DNA from: Octopus sinensis
Lineage: Eukaryota
Length of the DNA stretch: 64,000 nucleotides
Assembly: GCF_006345805.1 (NCBI RefSeq)
Contig: NC_043000.1
Coordinates: 132,432,001 to 132,496,000, forward strand
Reading direction: 5' to 3'
In this document: one piece after another, positions 1 to 13,444 of the stretch
Position numbering within the stretch: position 1 is the first letter of the stretch
How the letters are laid out: each line of letters begins with the position of its first letter
Program-made: the position numbers and the translations under genes
Notes under the pieces: generated by a model
The model's database searches: none
The model's input: only the letters and a program-made list of their open reading frames with translations
Told to the model about the DNA's origin: nothing

Positions 1-240
1 ATAATAATTGTTTTTTTTTCTTCATTATTATTACTATTATTATTATTATTATTATCTTGACGTTTGGTGTTTGTGCGGGAGGAGGAATAAGGAGGTTGTG
101 GCGTTCTTGTCATTCCAAGAAGTACCAGTAGCCAAATTGAAGCAATGTGACATTTATCCTGATTTAATACCAGAGATCAAGAACTCTGTAAGAAGCTTAC
201 TCTTTGGCGCTTACCTTCAGAAATGATTAAACTGATTTCC
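1..240 (-). mobile_element. Possible 3' end of an R4/Dong-like non-LTR retrotransposon with (TAA)n tail
   Basis: Minus strand gives frameshifted INVTLLQ..LVLLGMTRT, similar to the C-terminal LQKxxLLGTARIL motif of RLE-type LINEs, followed by a (TAA)n tail at 1-57. Heavily decayed. Confidence 0.4.
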
Positions 241-442
241 AGCTTTCGCTGAATACAAGGTGTTTAGATGACAAAAACGATCGAGGTTCAGTAGTTTAAC
301 TAATTATATTGGTGAGGAAAGGTTAAGGTTAACATGACAGAGTTTGGCTCGGAACGTAGAGTGACAATTCTCTACATAAAATATATTGATATCAACTTAA
401 CTATTGCTTTTCATGTCGATATGATTCCTAAGTTCCTTAATG

Positions 443-1250
443 GGCGTAGGAGTGGCTGTGTGGTAGGTATCCGGCCAGGGGTTAGTTAACTTTTTTTTAG
501 TTACCACTACAGTAGTAAGATCAGGCTGGAGAAGAGGCACCTGTCACGAGACAGATTCATGAGAAGATGGAAGCCTGTGGCGAGGAAGCTGGGAGTGTTT
601 GACACCAGGTAAGTGGAAGCCAAAAACAGGAAAGAAAAAGCAAGGGGTCTACCCTGGTGGTCGGATGCCTATCCTTCAGAGAAGCCATTACAGATTTCAT
701 TTGTAATGAGCAACGCTTAAGTCAAAAGTTATAAACATATTCATTAAATTATAGTATTTTTAATTTGTAAATATTTAATCGCTACAGCTACTTCACTCTT
801 TTATGTTTGTTCTTGTTCGTCCCCTCTTTGTATTGCCTTCAGGGCAAATATTTATGAAATAAAGTAGCTTGCTTACGAACCACATAGTTCCGGGTTCAGT
901 CCCACTGCGTGGCACCTTGGGCAAGTGTCTTCTACTATAGCCTCGAGCCGACCAAAGCCTTGTGAATGGATTTGGTAGACGGAAACTGAAAGAAGCATGT
1001 CGTATATATGTATATATATGTATGTTTGTGTGTATATATTTGTGTGCCTGTGTTTGTGCCCTCAACATCACTCGACAACCGATGCTGGTGTGTTTATTTC
1101 CCCGTAACTTAGCGGTTCGCAAAAGATACCGATAGAATAAGTACTAGGCTTACAAAGAATAAATCCTGGGTGTCGATTTGCTCGACTAAAGGCGGTGCTC
1201 CAGCATGGCCACAGTCAAATAACTGAAACAAGTAAAAGAGTAAAGAGTAA
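443..1250 (+). mobile_element. tRNA-derived SINE, family A, interrupted at ~465-861
   Basis: Head GGCGTAGGAGTGGCTGTGTGGTA at 443-464 resumes as AGTAGCTTGC at ~862. B-box-like GGTTCAGTCCC; body and (TAAAGAG)n-type tail match the other family A copies. Confidence 0.9.
465..861 (+). mobile_element. 3' end of a Tx1/L1-like LINE nested in the SINE head
   Basis: Frame FFSYHYSSKIRLEKRHLSRDRFMRRWKPVARKLGVFDTR* resembles Tx1-clade ORF2 C-termini (FxxRW motif). It is followed by a UTR-like segment ending GAAATAA. Confidence 0.55.
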
Positions 1251-1804
1251 TCTTTAAGCAGTTTGTATTTCACAACACTAACATGTGTATGTGTCTGTAT
1301 GTTGTATATAATGAACCTTTCATCATTACTTCTGCAAGTACTGTGAAATCTATGCTTCCATGATGAGGTCAGGATAAAATTGGAAGAGGCCCAGATTTGT
1401 CTCCCACACTTGCAGAAATAATCAAATTTATATTACTCATTGATTAACAGTGCCTCTTTTACCCCTCGCCGCATAATTATTTCTAATTATTCACCCGGTT
1501 TAACTCAACAAGCGGGTACCTTTGATATCTTTAATGAAGCCTACTCAGTCGAAAACATTCGGAACAGGTCTCTGGTTTTAAGATACCCCCTCTCTCTCTC
1601 TCCCTCCCACCAGTCTCGATAGCTTTGTAAAGGGTCATTGGCTGCCTTTCTTTCTGACTAAGAGATAAAATCTTAGCTAAATACGGAAAACTTTTTAGAT
1701 GGCGATCCACCGTTTCTGCCACTTTATCGCTCGACCGACTGTCACCAAACGCAGTCATACGATAATAATGATAATAACGACGACGACGACAATGATGATG
1801 ATTG

Positions 1805-1955
1805 TTTCAAATTTTGACCCAAGGATAGCAATTTTAAGGGGAGGTGGTTAGTTGATCGCATTAACCTCAGTTCTTGTCTGGTACTTATTCTAATTGACTC
1901 TGAAAGGATGAAAAACAATGTTGACTTCGATGGAATTTGAACTCAGAATGTAAAG
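1805..1955 (-). mobile_element. SINE family B, degenerate fragment
   Basis: Diverged match to GAAAGGATGAAAGG...GAATTTGAACTCAGAA. Confidence 0.75.
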
Positions 1956-1984
1956 AACCCTGACTAAAGATTATAAGGAATATT

Positions 1985-2282
1985 GTTTGTTCCTTCTCGA
2001 GCCATGCCTGGCTCATAAGGGCCGATTTGCCAGTTTCCTTGGCGTATAGATTCCCCACCTGGACGGGAGGCCGGTCCGTCGCAGGTGAGCTGCAAAATGC
2101 AGGAGGAAAGAGTGAAAGTTGTGGCGCAAGAGTCAGCAGAAGTTTGCCATTACTTTCTGCCAGAGCCGCGTGGAGCTTAGGTGTTTCGCTCATAAACACA
2201 CACATCACCTGGTCTGAGATTCGAACCCGCGATCCCTCGACCGCGAGTCCGCAGCTCTAACCACTAGGCCATATGCCTCCAC
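1985..2282 (-). mobile_element. tRNA-Arg-like SINE, family C (octopus OR-type)
   Basis: Minus-strand head GTGGAGGCATATGGCCTAGTGGTTAGAGCTGCGGACTCGCGG...GGTTCGAATC with A and B boxes and a TCG anticodon-like loop. 12-bp TSD ATAAGGAATATT at 1973-1984 and 2283-2294. Confidence 0.93.
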
Positions 2283-2362
2283 ATAAGGAATATTAATCAT
2301 TATAATTTCTTTTATTTGTCACAATTTCGGAAGACGATAGAAACTACAGTGACAAATTATAT

Positions 2363-2574
2363 ATTTCTTTACTACCCACAAGGGCTAAACACAGAGGGGA
2401 CAAACAAGGACAGACAAACGGATTAAGTGCGTAACTGGTACTTAATTTATCGACCTCGAAAGGATGAAAAGCAAAGTCGACCTCGGCAGAATTTGAACTC
2501 AGAACGTAACGGCAGACTAAATACGGCTACGCATTTCGCCCGGCGTGCTAACAATTCTGCCAGCTCATCGCCTT
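2363..2574 (-). mobile_element. SINE family B monomer
   Basis: Head AAGGCGATGAGCTGGCAGAA..., B box GAGTTCAAATTC; flanked by CAG(T/A)GACAAATTATA on both sides. Confidence 0.9.
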
Positions 2575-3070
2575 GCAGAGACAAATTATAAAGCAATGAT
2601 GGTTTTCACGGACAATAGGGGTGGGGGCATGACACACAACAGTATTATTATTGTTAATAAAAACGACACTCTTTCGAACTTTGTACATATAAGATAGTGC
2701 ACAAAGGGGAACAAATTGTGCTGAAGAAAAGTGGAAGGCGAACAAAAATTGTTAATTTTCGGATATAATCGGCATTGTGTAAAATACGTTTGTTCCATTT
2801 TAATTTATTTCTAAATTTTGTTTTTAGAAAACTGAAATATAACATTACACTCACGAATATGTGTGTGTGTATGTATACGTATACGTGGGTCAGTGGGTGT
2901 GTCGAATGCATGGGGTATTACAACGTTGTTTACTTATTATATTTCAGTTTATTCATTTTTTAGAAATAAATTGAAATGCAATTTACACAATACTGATTCT
3001 AGCCAAAAATCAACGATTGCTTGCTTATTGTTCATTTTTCTTTAGTGCAGTTTGTTCAACTTTGTCCACT

Positions 3071-3434
3071 GTCGTAGGAGTGGCTGTGTGGTTAAGTAGC
3101 TTGCTTACCAACCACATGGTTCCGGGTTCTGTCCCACTGCGTGGCACCTTCGGCAAGTGTCTTCTACTATAGCCTCGGGCCGACCAAAGTCTTGTGAGTG
3201 GATTTGGTAGACGGAAACTGAAAGAAGCCCATCGTATATATGTATATATATATGTTTGTGTGTTTGTCCCCCCCCCCCAACATTGCTTGACAACCGAGGC
3301 TGGTGTGTTTACAAAGGAGACCGATAGACTAAGTACTAGGCTTATAAAGAATAGATCCTGGGGTCGATTTGCTCGACTAAAGGCGGCGTGCCAGCATGGC
3401 CACAGTCAAATGACTGAAACAAGTAAAAGAGTAA

Positions 3435-3437
<3 letters not shown>
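3071..3437 (+). mobile_element. SINE family A with small internal deletion
   Basis: Collinear with the copies at 7105 and 19019, but lacks GTCCCCGTAACTTAGCGGTTCGGC. Confidence 0.9.
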
Positions 3438-3476
<39 letters not shown>

Positions 3477-3898
3477 GCAAATGGAAATTACTCAAATGTG
3501 GTAATAGCATGAGTTTAGATTAATAAGTTAAGGGATGTGTGTACAATGGCGCCCACTCCATAACAATTATTTATTTGAATTGTTTTTAGTTGGAGGAAAA
3601 AGCATGACCCTGTGAAATTTAGTAGACGGAAAACTGTTTAGAAGCCCGTCGATACATATACATGCGCGCACACATGTATTAGTTATTTACGTTCCCCGTC
3701 ATCTAGTGGTTAAGACACCGACAGGAATAAGCCCCAGATTTGCAAAATAATTATTAGTGTCCATTTGATCGACATAAAACTCTTCAAAGCGGTGCTCCAG
3801 CATGGCTGCAGCCCAATGATAGAAACAAATAAAGAACTATGACAGTGCTGGTTTCTTGTTAACATGACTCTTAAAGTGAAAAAGGTATTAACATCTAT

Positions 3899-4123
3899 AA
3901 GGCGGCGAGCTGGCAGAAACGTTAGCACGCCGGGCGAAATGCGTAGCTGTATTTCGTCTGCCGTTACGTTCTGAGTTCAAATTCCGCCAAGGTCGACATT
4001 CCCTTTCATCCTTTCGGGGTCGATCAAATAAGTACCAGTTACGCACTGGGGTTGATATTATCGACTTAATCTGTTTGTCCTCTCTGCGTTTAGCCCCTTG
4101 TGGGTAGTAAAGAAATAGGTATT
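3899..4123 (+). mobile_element. SINE family B monomer
   Basis: AAGGCGGCGAGCTGGCAGAAACGTTAGCACG head. Direct repeat AGGTATTAACATCTAT at 3883-3898 and 4117-4132 (TSD overlapping the SINE's own 3' end). Confidence 0.93.
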
Positions 4124-5592
4124 AACATCTATGTTCAACTGATATAAAGTTGACGCATCTTACAGATTCAAGCCCTTCGGAAACGAAATGGTAAAACCTA
4201 AAATTGTCATTACAGTAAAGTAGGTTTTCCTTCTTTCAGAGACATCCGTCATTCTGGTTTCTCGATGAGAATTTAACCAAGCTTATTCTTTTGCAGTTGC
4301 AATACGATGTAGTTTTCTTATTTAATCGCAATCAGAAATCAGTTCTTCAACAGATTATATCGATGCGAGTTATATTATTAGCACGATAGAGAAGATGATT
4401 TATCGATAGAGATGCGGAAAACCAACCGAGGGTTTGGTTGTATGTATCCTGCCGCCACTAGTGAGTGGGTTGTTGTGTGCCTCATTAAGATGATTACGGA
4501 GACCGATTAGACCTACTTTTAACAAAGCACGGCAGAGTGAGAGTCGGGTGTAATTCACCTTCGTAGTTGGAGACTGTTAAAAACTCGACTCTACCTACCC
4601 GATAGAGAAAGCTTCTTGCGATAGTCATGGACCACATTCTTGAGTATGTTTATCTCACAAGGATTTAATACTACAAAATTCCAGGAATTAAGAGATGATT
4701 TCATGGATGCTCATTATTCAAAAAGGATTAGAGTTTTAATTGGTTATGTGTTACTCCGAATTCAAGGGATTAAATTAACACAATCAACCATTTTACATAC
4801 AGGCGAATACCATTTTTTCTACTGGGGTGAAAAATAGAGGTAATATTCCGAGGTAAAATACTTCTTTCCAGTCCCATTCTATACGGGGCTATAATGTTTG
4901 TATATCTTTTTGGCTATAATAATAAAACACACATGCACCAATTGACTGTCTCTCATTCTACATGGGGGGTTTTCTAGCCTTAGGATTGCTCTCGACAGAA
5001 AAGATAGATTTTAGTCCTGAAACAAGCTCTGAGATGTTAATACTTATATGTTCCCAAAGTTTGATAACTGCGGGGAACCAATGCATGAAAACACGAAACA
5101 CAGTTTCGTGCACTCCAATGCATCTTTGCAGCCCTAGTTGGTCGGCTTTCAAGAGATACTCAAGAATGTCTTTGCTTTTCTTTGTGTAGATTTAAACACA
5201 GAAACAGTAGGGATACAACATAGTTTGAACTAAAAATACCCCAAAGCAATAACGTTACGTCCCTTCTTACTGTGTTACTCTCACTGTTCTAATCCCACTT
5301 AAACAGAAGGCCAAAAATTTAATAGGAAAGTGGGGATAGCATTCGGTAATGTTGTCAAGAGCATTAGGATAGTGGAGTCAAACGGTCAGAATTAATTCTC
5401 GCACTTAGCTTTCTGAATCATGTGTTATTCTACAACAATATTTTATTTTCCCAAAGCTCGGAGTGTTTTTTTTAAATATTACCAGTGCATAACTGTTTAA
5501 TCCCAGAGGGGGAAAAGATTGATGAATAATAGTTTATTTTCATTATGTTTCTGTACACTGTTGCATACTTATTACTGGTATATAACGATTCA

Positions 5593-6312
5593 GTCTTTAC
5601 GTTCTGAGTTCAAATATCGCCGCGGTCGATAAAATAAGTTCGAGTTGAGCACTGGGGTTGATTTAATCGACTTACTCAATTCCCCAAAATTGCTGACCTT
5701 GTGTCAAAATGTGAAATCAATATCACAGGTATATAAAAGCGGCGAGCTGGCAGAAACGTTCTGAGTTCAAATTCTGCCGAGGTCGACTTTGCCTTTCATC
5801 CTTTCGGGGTACCAGTTATGCACTGGGGTCAATGTAATCGACTTAATCCGTTTGTCTGTCCTTGTTTGTCTCCTCTGTGTTTAGCCACTTGTGGGTAGTA
5901 AAGAAATAGGTATTTCGTCTGCCGTTACGTTCTGAGTTCATATTCCGCTGAGATCGACTTTGCCATTCATCCTTTCGGGATCGATAAATTAAGTACCAGT
6001 TGCGTACAGGGGTCGATCTAATCGACTGCCCTCCTCCCACAAAATTTCGGGCCTTGTGCCTAGAGTAGAAAAGAATATTACAGGTATATAAAGGCAGCGA
6101 GTTGGCAGAATCGTTAGCACGCTGGGCAAAATGCTTAGTGGCATTTCGTCCGCTTTTACTTTCTGAGTTCAAATTCAACCGTGATCGACTTTGCCTTTCA
6201 TTCTTTCGGGGTTGATAAAATAAACGCTAGTTGAATACTGAGGTCGATGTAATCGACTAGCCTACCTCTCCCAAAATTTCAGGCCTTGTGCCTGTAGTAG
6301 AAAAGAATATTA
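5593..6312 (+). mobile_element. Head-to-tail cluster of SINE family B (fragment, dimer, monomer)
   Basis: Fragment 5593-5720, dimer ~5736-6077, monomer ~6091-6312. ACAGGTATATAAA precedes both full heads. Confidence 0.88.
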
Positions 6313-6573
6313 CAAGCTTATAACAATGTGATCCCAGAGGAGAAAGAACAAAAGTTATTAATGATAAACAGTACTTTATTTTTCATTACATTCCCGCAAA
6401 GTGGTGCACCGAAAGAAACAATAATGCTTTGCAGTATCTAGCTTGGTTTCTTTCTGAGCTCAGATTAGATTTTTAAATTTAATCCCCTTGAAGTGGATGA
6501 TACCAGCTTTAATGTTCTTGTTCAGCTCCAAGTCAATCCTTATCCAACAGATCTATAATCAAAAGCATTCCTA

Positions 6574-6792
6574 ATTTCTTTATTGCCCACAGAAAGGACA
6601 AACAAGGACAGACAAAGGGATTAAGTCGATTACATCGACCCCAGTGCGTAACTGGTTCTTAATTTATCGACCCCGTAAGGATGAAAGGTAAAGTCGACCT
6701 CGGAGGAATTTGAACTCAGAATGTAACGGCAGACGAAATACCGCTAAGCATTTCGTTCGGCGTGCTAACATTTCTGCCAGCTCACCCGCCTT
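6574..6792 (-). mobile_element. SINE family B monomer inserted in an old family D repeat
   Basis: Full head and body. Family D sequence (~6510-6572) appears to resume near 6810. Confidence 0.88.
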
Positions 6793-7104
6793 CAAATATA
6801 ATAAAAAGTATTCCTGTCGTAACCAACATCAGATTGCATCAAGGTTACTTTATTGGCACCTGGTGATCACAGTTTAGAGTTAAATATCAATGTGATAAAT
6901 ACAAGATTAGGAATAATAGATATATCTTCAAACTTGGTAAGTGCCCTATCTGGAGATGATGAGAATGGGAAAAGCAATTACGGCATCTGACAAAGTTGAG
7001 TAAAGGTACGGCATCTGATAAACTTGAATAAAGTCTACGGTTATGCAAAAATCAGCATTTACAAGACGCGCATGCTGACGAAAATCTTGTATGATTCTGA
7101 AACA

Positions 7105-7500
7105 GGCGTAGGAGTGGCTGTGTAGTAAGTAGCTTGCTTACGAACCACATGGTTCCGGGTTCAGTCCCACTGCGTGGCACCTTGGGCAAGTGTCTTCTAC
7201 TATAGCCTCGGGCCGACCGAAGCCTTGTGAGTGGATTTGGTAGACAGAAACTGAAAGAAGCCCGTCGTGTATATGTATATATGTGTGTATGTTGTGTATA
7301 TGTTTGTCCCCTCAACATCACTTGACAACCGATGCTGGTGTGTTGACGTCCCCGTAACTTAGCGGTTCGGCAAACGAGACCGATAGAATAAGTACCAGGC
7401 TTACAAAGAATAAGTCCTAGGGTCGATTTGCTCGACTAAAGGCAGTGCTCTAGCATGGCCACAGTCAAATGACTGAAACAAGTAAAAGAGTAAAGAGTAA
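7105..7500 (+). mobile_element. SINE family A, full length
   Basis: GGCGTAGGAGTGGCTGTG ... GACTGAAACAAGTAAAAGAGTAAAGAGTAA. Confidence 0.93.
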
Positions 7501-7518
7501 ACATGGACTATTCATTGT

Positions 7519-7821
7519 TGTTTGTTCCTTCTCGAGCCACGCCTGGCTCACGAGGGCCGGTTTCCCGGTTTCCTTGGCGTATAGGTTCCCCACCTGGACG
7601 GGATGCTGGTCCGTCGCAGGTGAGCTGCAAGATGCATGAGGAAAGAGTGAGAGAAAGTTGTGGTGAAAGTGTCAGCAGAAGTTCGCCATTACCTCCTGCC
7701 GGAGCCGCGTGCAACTTAAGTGCTTCGCTCATAAACACACACATCGCCCGGTCTGAGATTCGAACCCGCGATCCCTCGACCGCGAGTCCGCTGCTCTAAC
7801 CACTAGGCCATGTGCCTCCAC
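7519..7821 (-). mobile_element. SINE family C
   Basis: Same element as 1985-2282. 12-bp TSD ACTATTCATTGT at 7507-7518 and 7822-7833. Confidence 0.93.
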
Positions 7822-8514
7822 ACTATTCATTGTAGGCATGTAAAAATGCTTGAGAAATTTCATAGCCTCAGAAGAATACAAACACACACACACACACACG
7901 ACAAGATTGAAAGGCTGAAATAGAGCTGGAACAATTCGCAGAAAATTTCCGACATTATTTGCTATGACACAAGACAAAACAATAGTTATTATAAAAGAAT
8001 TTTGATCCTTTATATTTTCAAGGTTACAAAGCTTCAGATTTTAAAACCAAAACAATATCACCACACGCACACACACGTACACACATATCGGCGTTGTGTC
8101 GTTTGTATAATTCTCATTGGCAAGTGGGAATCGAAACTGGACTCACCAAGAGCTTACCAGTATTTCAAGGCGAGAAGTAAGCGCAGAAATTCTATTCCTT
8201 ATACCCTAGAGGCCTGTTCACAGAAAAGTTCAACTCAACGTTTTTTTATATATATATATATTAGAGCACGTTCCTGGTTTTGTTTTTGTATGAAACTTTA
8301 TCTGACACACTCCTTTTCTGTTTATTTCTCAACCGCTCTATCATTTACTATATTATACCATGCCATACGTACAATCAGTTAATCTCATCCATCGGTCTCA
8401 TTTTCACATTTGTTTCTTTTTTTTTGTTTTGTTTTGGTCCTTTTTCTTTACTTCCCTACCCACGTCTCTCTTTTAGACCTATTTTCTTATATAAACATAC
8501 AGACACTTGTGTGA

Positions 8515-8526
8515 GCAATATATATT

Positions 8527-8590
<64 letters not shown>

Positions 8591-8758
8591 TATATATATA
8601 CATATATATGTATATATATATGTATATATATATGTATGTTATATATGATATATATATGTATATATATATATGTATATGTAGTATATGTATATATTATATA
8701 TATATGTGTATGTATATATATATATATGTATGTATATATATATATATATATATGTATG

Positions 8759-8789
<31 letters not shown>

Positions 8790-8807
8790 ATATATATATA
8801 TATATAT

Positions 8808-8883
<76 letters not shown>

Positions 8884-8899
8884 CTATATATATATATAT

Positions 8900-8945
<46 letters not shown>

Positions 8946-8959
8946 ATATATAGATATAT

Positions 8960-9029
<70 letters not shown>

Positions 9030-9050
9030 ATATATATATATACATGTATA

Positions 9051-9096
<46 letters not shown>

Positions 9097-9163
9097 ATAT
9101 ATATGTACATATATGTATATATATATGTGTATGTATATATATATGTATATGTATGTATATATA

Positions 9164-9221
<58 letters not shown>

Positions 9222-9255
9222 ATATATATATATGTATATATATTGTATATGTGTG
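8515..9255. repeat. Compound (TA)n microsatellite with periodic TATG/CATG interruptions
   Basis: Directly visible. It is the source of the spurious IYIY ORFs. Confidence 0.97.
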
Positions 9256-9989
9256 GTTGAGCATGTGGGTGCGCGCGTGTTAGGTGAGTTTGTGCTTTCT
9301 CAATGTGTACGTGTCATGTATGTTATGGATATCAGCCTCTATACGTTTGTGTACGTAATGCTATGTGCGCACAGTTGTAACTATTCGCAAGGCCGTGTGC
9401 GTATGGTCGGCTTTGTAATTTTACACACAGATACATATATCTCTGCATAATAGTCACCCACTTACTGTTGGTCTCATTAAAATTTATCGCTGAGTGGTAA
9501 ATTCTTTCATTTCTTTCTTTTTTTCTGTTTTAATGCGTGCTCGTAAGTGTATGTGTGTGTGTTTCGTTATATTAGTTCTAACCGATTCTACAGACCATTG
9601 CCCTTGGATACTCATATTTCAACGCTTTTACCATCTCTCCTTCCACTCATATTAACGTTGGGAAAAGAAACTCTTTAAGTGTTATAGCAGGTATCTCTTC
9701 TGGCTTACACATTGCTAGCGACTGAAGTTCTGTTGATTGAAGTGCCAATGGCTAAGACACTTAAATTTTATAGACTCAGTCTGTCAAGCTGCTAATAGAT
9801 CCCACAGGTTGACCAGTTTTACAACTCTGGATATGGAACTGAAGTTTCCAAATTGTGTGACGCTACAATCATGCGTGTCGCCTACGATAATCTTGCAAAA
9901 TGAAGTCAAACCCTTATATATATATTTTACAAATATTTTGCTCACAAAGTAAATTTGAGATCTGACAACTTATACATACATATATGCAT

Positions 9990-10745
<756 letters not shown>

Positions 10746-10808
10746 CATGATGACAACTCAGTGTGGGACAATTCGACACCTAACTGGTGAAACACGATAT
10801 GCTTTTTA

Positions 10809-10888
10809 CCGTATTTACTCGTGTATAAGTCGTACCTCGGTTTTTTCCCCAGCTAACCTCAAGTATGAAATAACACGAATAAATACGG
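10809..10888. mobile_element. Tiny Tc2/pogo-like MITE
   Basis: TA|CCGTATTTACTCGTG ... CACGAATAAATACGG imperfect terminal inverted repeats (TIRs). Right flank is TT rather than TA. Confidence 0.5.
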
Positions 10889-11454
10889 TTTTCATTTATT
10901 ATTGTCGTTCTTTTCGTATCGCAAACAAAATTTAATAAGTCACGAAAGACGTTATTTTTAAAATGTGTTACCAGCATGAGTAGTATGGAATGCTCTGGAG
11001 CAGAATATAGCTTGGGAAAGACGGGTTCTGTTAAGCTGATTAACCCTCTCGACCTAATGCTTTTTAAAATTACCCATGGATGTATTTATTCAGCATATAT
11101 CAATATGTAGTGGATACGTTAATGGTTTCTTAGCTGAAGTTCAAGAGTCTTTTGTCATCGTAAAAACACGGATGTTATTTAACTCATGATCGACCCTCAT
11201 CAGGTAGACATGATGAACAGCATTTCAGTATGACTATCTCATCTTAGTTTTTGGTACAGTGCATCAAGGACGAGATCGTTTAATAGACTAGATCGTTCTT
11301 CATTTCCACTGATGGTTGGGTGTCATTTAACCAGAGTAATAATTGAATATTATTTCTATTAGTATCAGCAATCAGGTAGGAGATTCCTCTCCCAGCGTAG
11401 TGGTGTTTAGTGCACTTGGCATCTTACCTCAAATATTTTATAGTAGAAGCTAAG

Positions 11455-11458
11455 AAGG

Positions 11459-11520
<62 letters not shown>
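11455..11520. repeat. (GA)n microsatellite
   Basis: Directly visible. Confidence 0.95.
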
Positions 11521-11524
<4 letters not shown>

Positions 11525-12972
11525 AGAGTAAAGTGAGCCGAAAATGGAAATGCAATTTGTGAGAGAGATGTGGAAATACCTAACGTTCGTTTTTAAAATG
11601 CCCGTTTTATCTCTTTTATTCAAATCTAGAGCCACCCTCTCATATAATCATAGAATCTAGACAAACTTAATGATATATTCATCTACGAATACACATATAC
11701 ACGTATACACTCATATCTTTCATCAATTGCAGTCCATCTTCTGTTCAATAAAAGAATGAGGGAAGCAGTATTTTGTATCGTCCACGTCTTTCCCAAGAAT
11801 TTTTCTTCAGAGAAATATACTGATAACGAATATCCGAATCCTCTACACATACCTACATAGAATATAATGCAAACGCTGCTGACCTACGGTTGTCAATTAT
11901 AACCGACAACAAAAGTAAATAACAGAGTAACATTGTCTTAAGTGCATTGGAATTTCTATAGATACTTCATTCGTTTTTCGGATGTTATTTTTTTGCCTGA
12001 CCCTTAAAGAATAATTCAGTATTATATTCAATCATAAATCTACCAGTCAGTTTCAGTTCTCCTAAAAATATCTGCAAATAATTTGAAGCCCCGCTGTAAC
12101 GGCGGATGTGTTCACTTCTGTGAAGTATCACAAGTTACACGATGACTATATGTTGAATTGATATGTTAAATTGATCATCTGTCAACAGAAGATGACATCA
12201 AGAAATGAGCAGCACATATGTAAAACCTTGAAATACAGAAATGAAAATGTGAGGGGCAAAGAAATGAAGTGAAAATAACTGGAAAGCAGTAAAAAAAGAA
12301 GCAATGGCTACTGAACAACAGTAAAAATAAGACTATAACAACAGCAAAAATAAGACAACAACAGTAACTGCAGCTAAGTTAGCAAAGTACAAGTCAAAAT
12401 TGTAAGAAAAGAACAAGCGAGAGAGAGAAAGAGAGAGAGAGAGGGGAGAGGGAGAGAGATAGGGAAAGAGAGAAATCTTATAATTTATGGGAAATTCATT
12501 TCTCGACATTTTGGTTTAAGCAGACGACAGCCGAACATTGTGAATAGTATAATCGATGTGAACCGACAAACACTGGCATTTCGTATCGGTATAATGAAGT
12601 TTTATAGAGCCTGTATCGTATACAAGGGTCGTTTGGTCAACATTCGAAAAGCAGCGAGAGTTTCTGCCAATAATACAAAAGAACTGATAGATTGAAGAAT
12701 TTTTTTTTGCTTTTGTTTTATTTCCACGTTTTCTGCATATTATTTGCAAATAGAAAAATCTAAAAGAACATAAATTACGCAGTGACAGAAGGAATGCAAA
12801 TAAAATAAGAAAAGAGAAACTCGTGAATAATTCGAAAAAATAGAAAATAGTGAAGCCAAAGTGGAAATATAATTCAACCAGAAGTAGGATTGTATCTTTG
12901 TCCTCAGAACAAGGTGTGTGTTCCTAAAATGCAAATTTGAGAATAATTTTCTACACGACTCGTCAGCTATAT

Positions 12973-13372
12973 TCTTTTCTACACTAAGCACAAGGCCCGA
13001 AATTTTGGGGGAAGGGGGCCAGTCGATTAGATCGACTCCAGTACGCAACTGGTACTTAATTTATCGATCCCGAAAAGATGAAAGGCAAAGTCGACCTCGG
13101 CGGAATTTGAACTCAAGTCGTAAAGACAGACGAAATACCTATTTCTTTACTACCCACAAGGGGCTAAACACAGAAAGGACAAACAAGGACAGACAAAGGG
13201 ATTAAGTCGATTATATCGACCCCAGTGCGTAACTGGTACTTATTTAATCGACCCCGAAAGGATGAAAGGCAAAGTCGACCTCTGCGGAATTTGAACTCAG
13301 AACGTAGCGGCAGACGAAATACCGCTAAGCATTTCGCCCGGCGTGCTAACGTTTCTGCCAGCTCGCCGCCTT
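12973..13372 (-). mobile_element. SINE family B dimer
   Basis: Two body units joined at GACGAAATACC|TATTTCTTTAC. 15-bp TSD ACTCGTCAGCTATAT at ~12958 and ~13374. Confidence 0.93.
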
Positions 13373-13444
13373 AACTCGTCAGCTATATATAAAACGGGGG
13401 CAAATATATGGCGCTAACATAATATATGTCTGATATTTCAAATT

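Noticed and set aside
6980-7040. 29-bp tandem duplication CGGCATCTGA(C/T)AAA..
   Set aside because: Only two units; ordinary local duplication.
8479-9450. Long ORFs up to 280 aa (IYIY...)
   Set aside because: Translations of (TA)n/(TATG)n microsatellite. The same applies to the ORFs at 10277-10779, 32878-33341, 43300-43714, 57826-58896 and 60328-60674.
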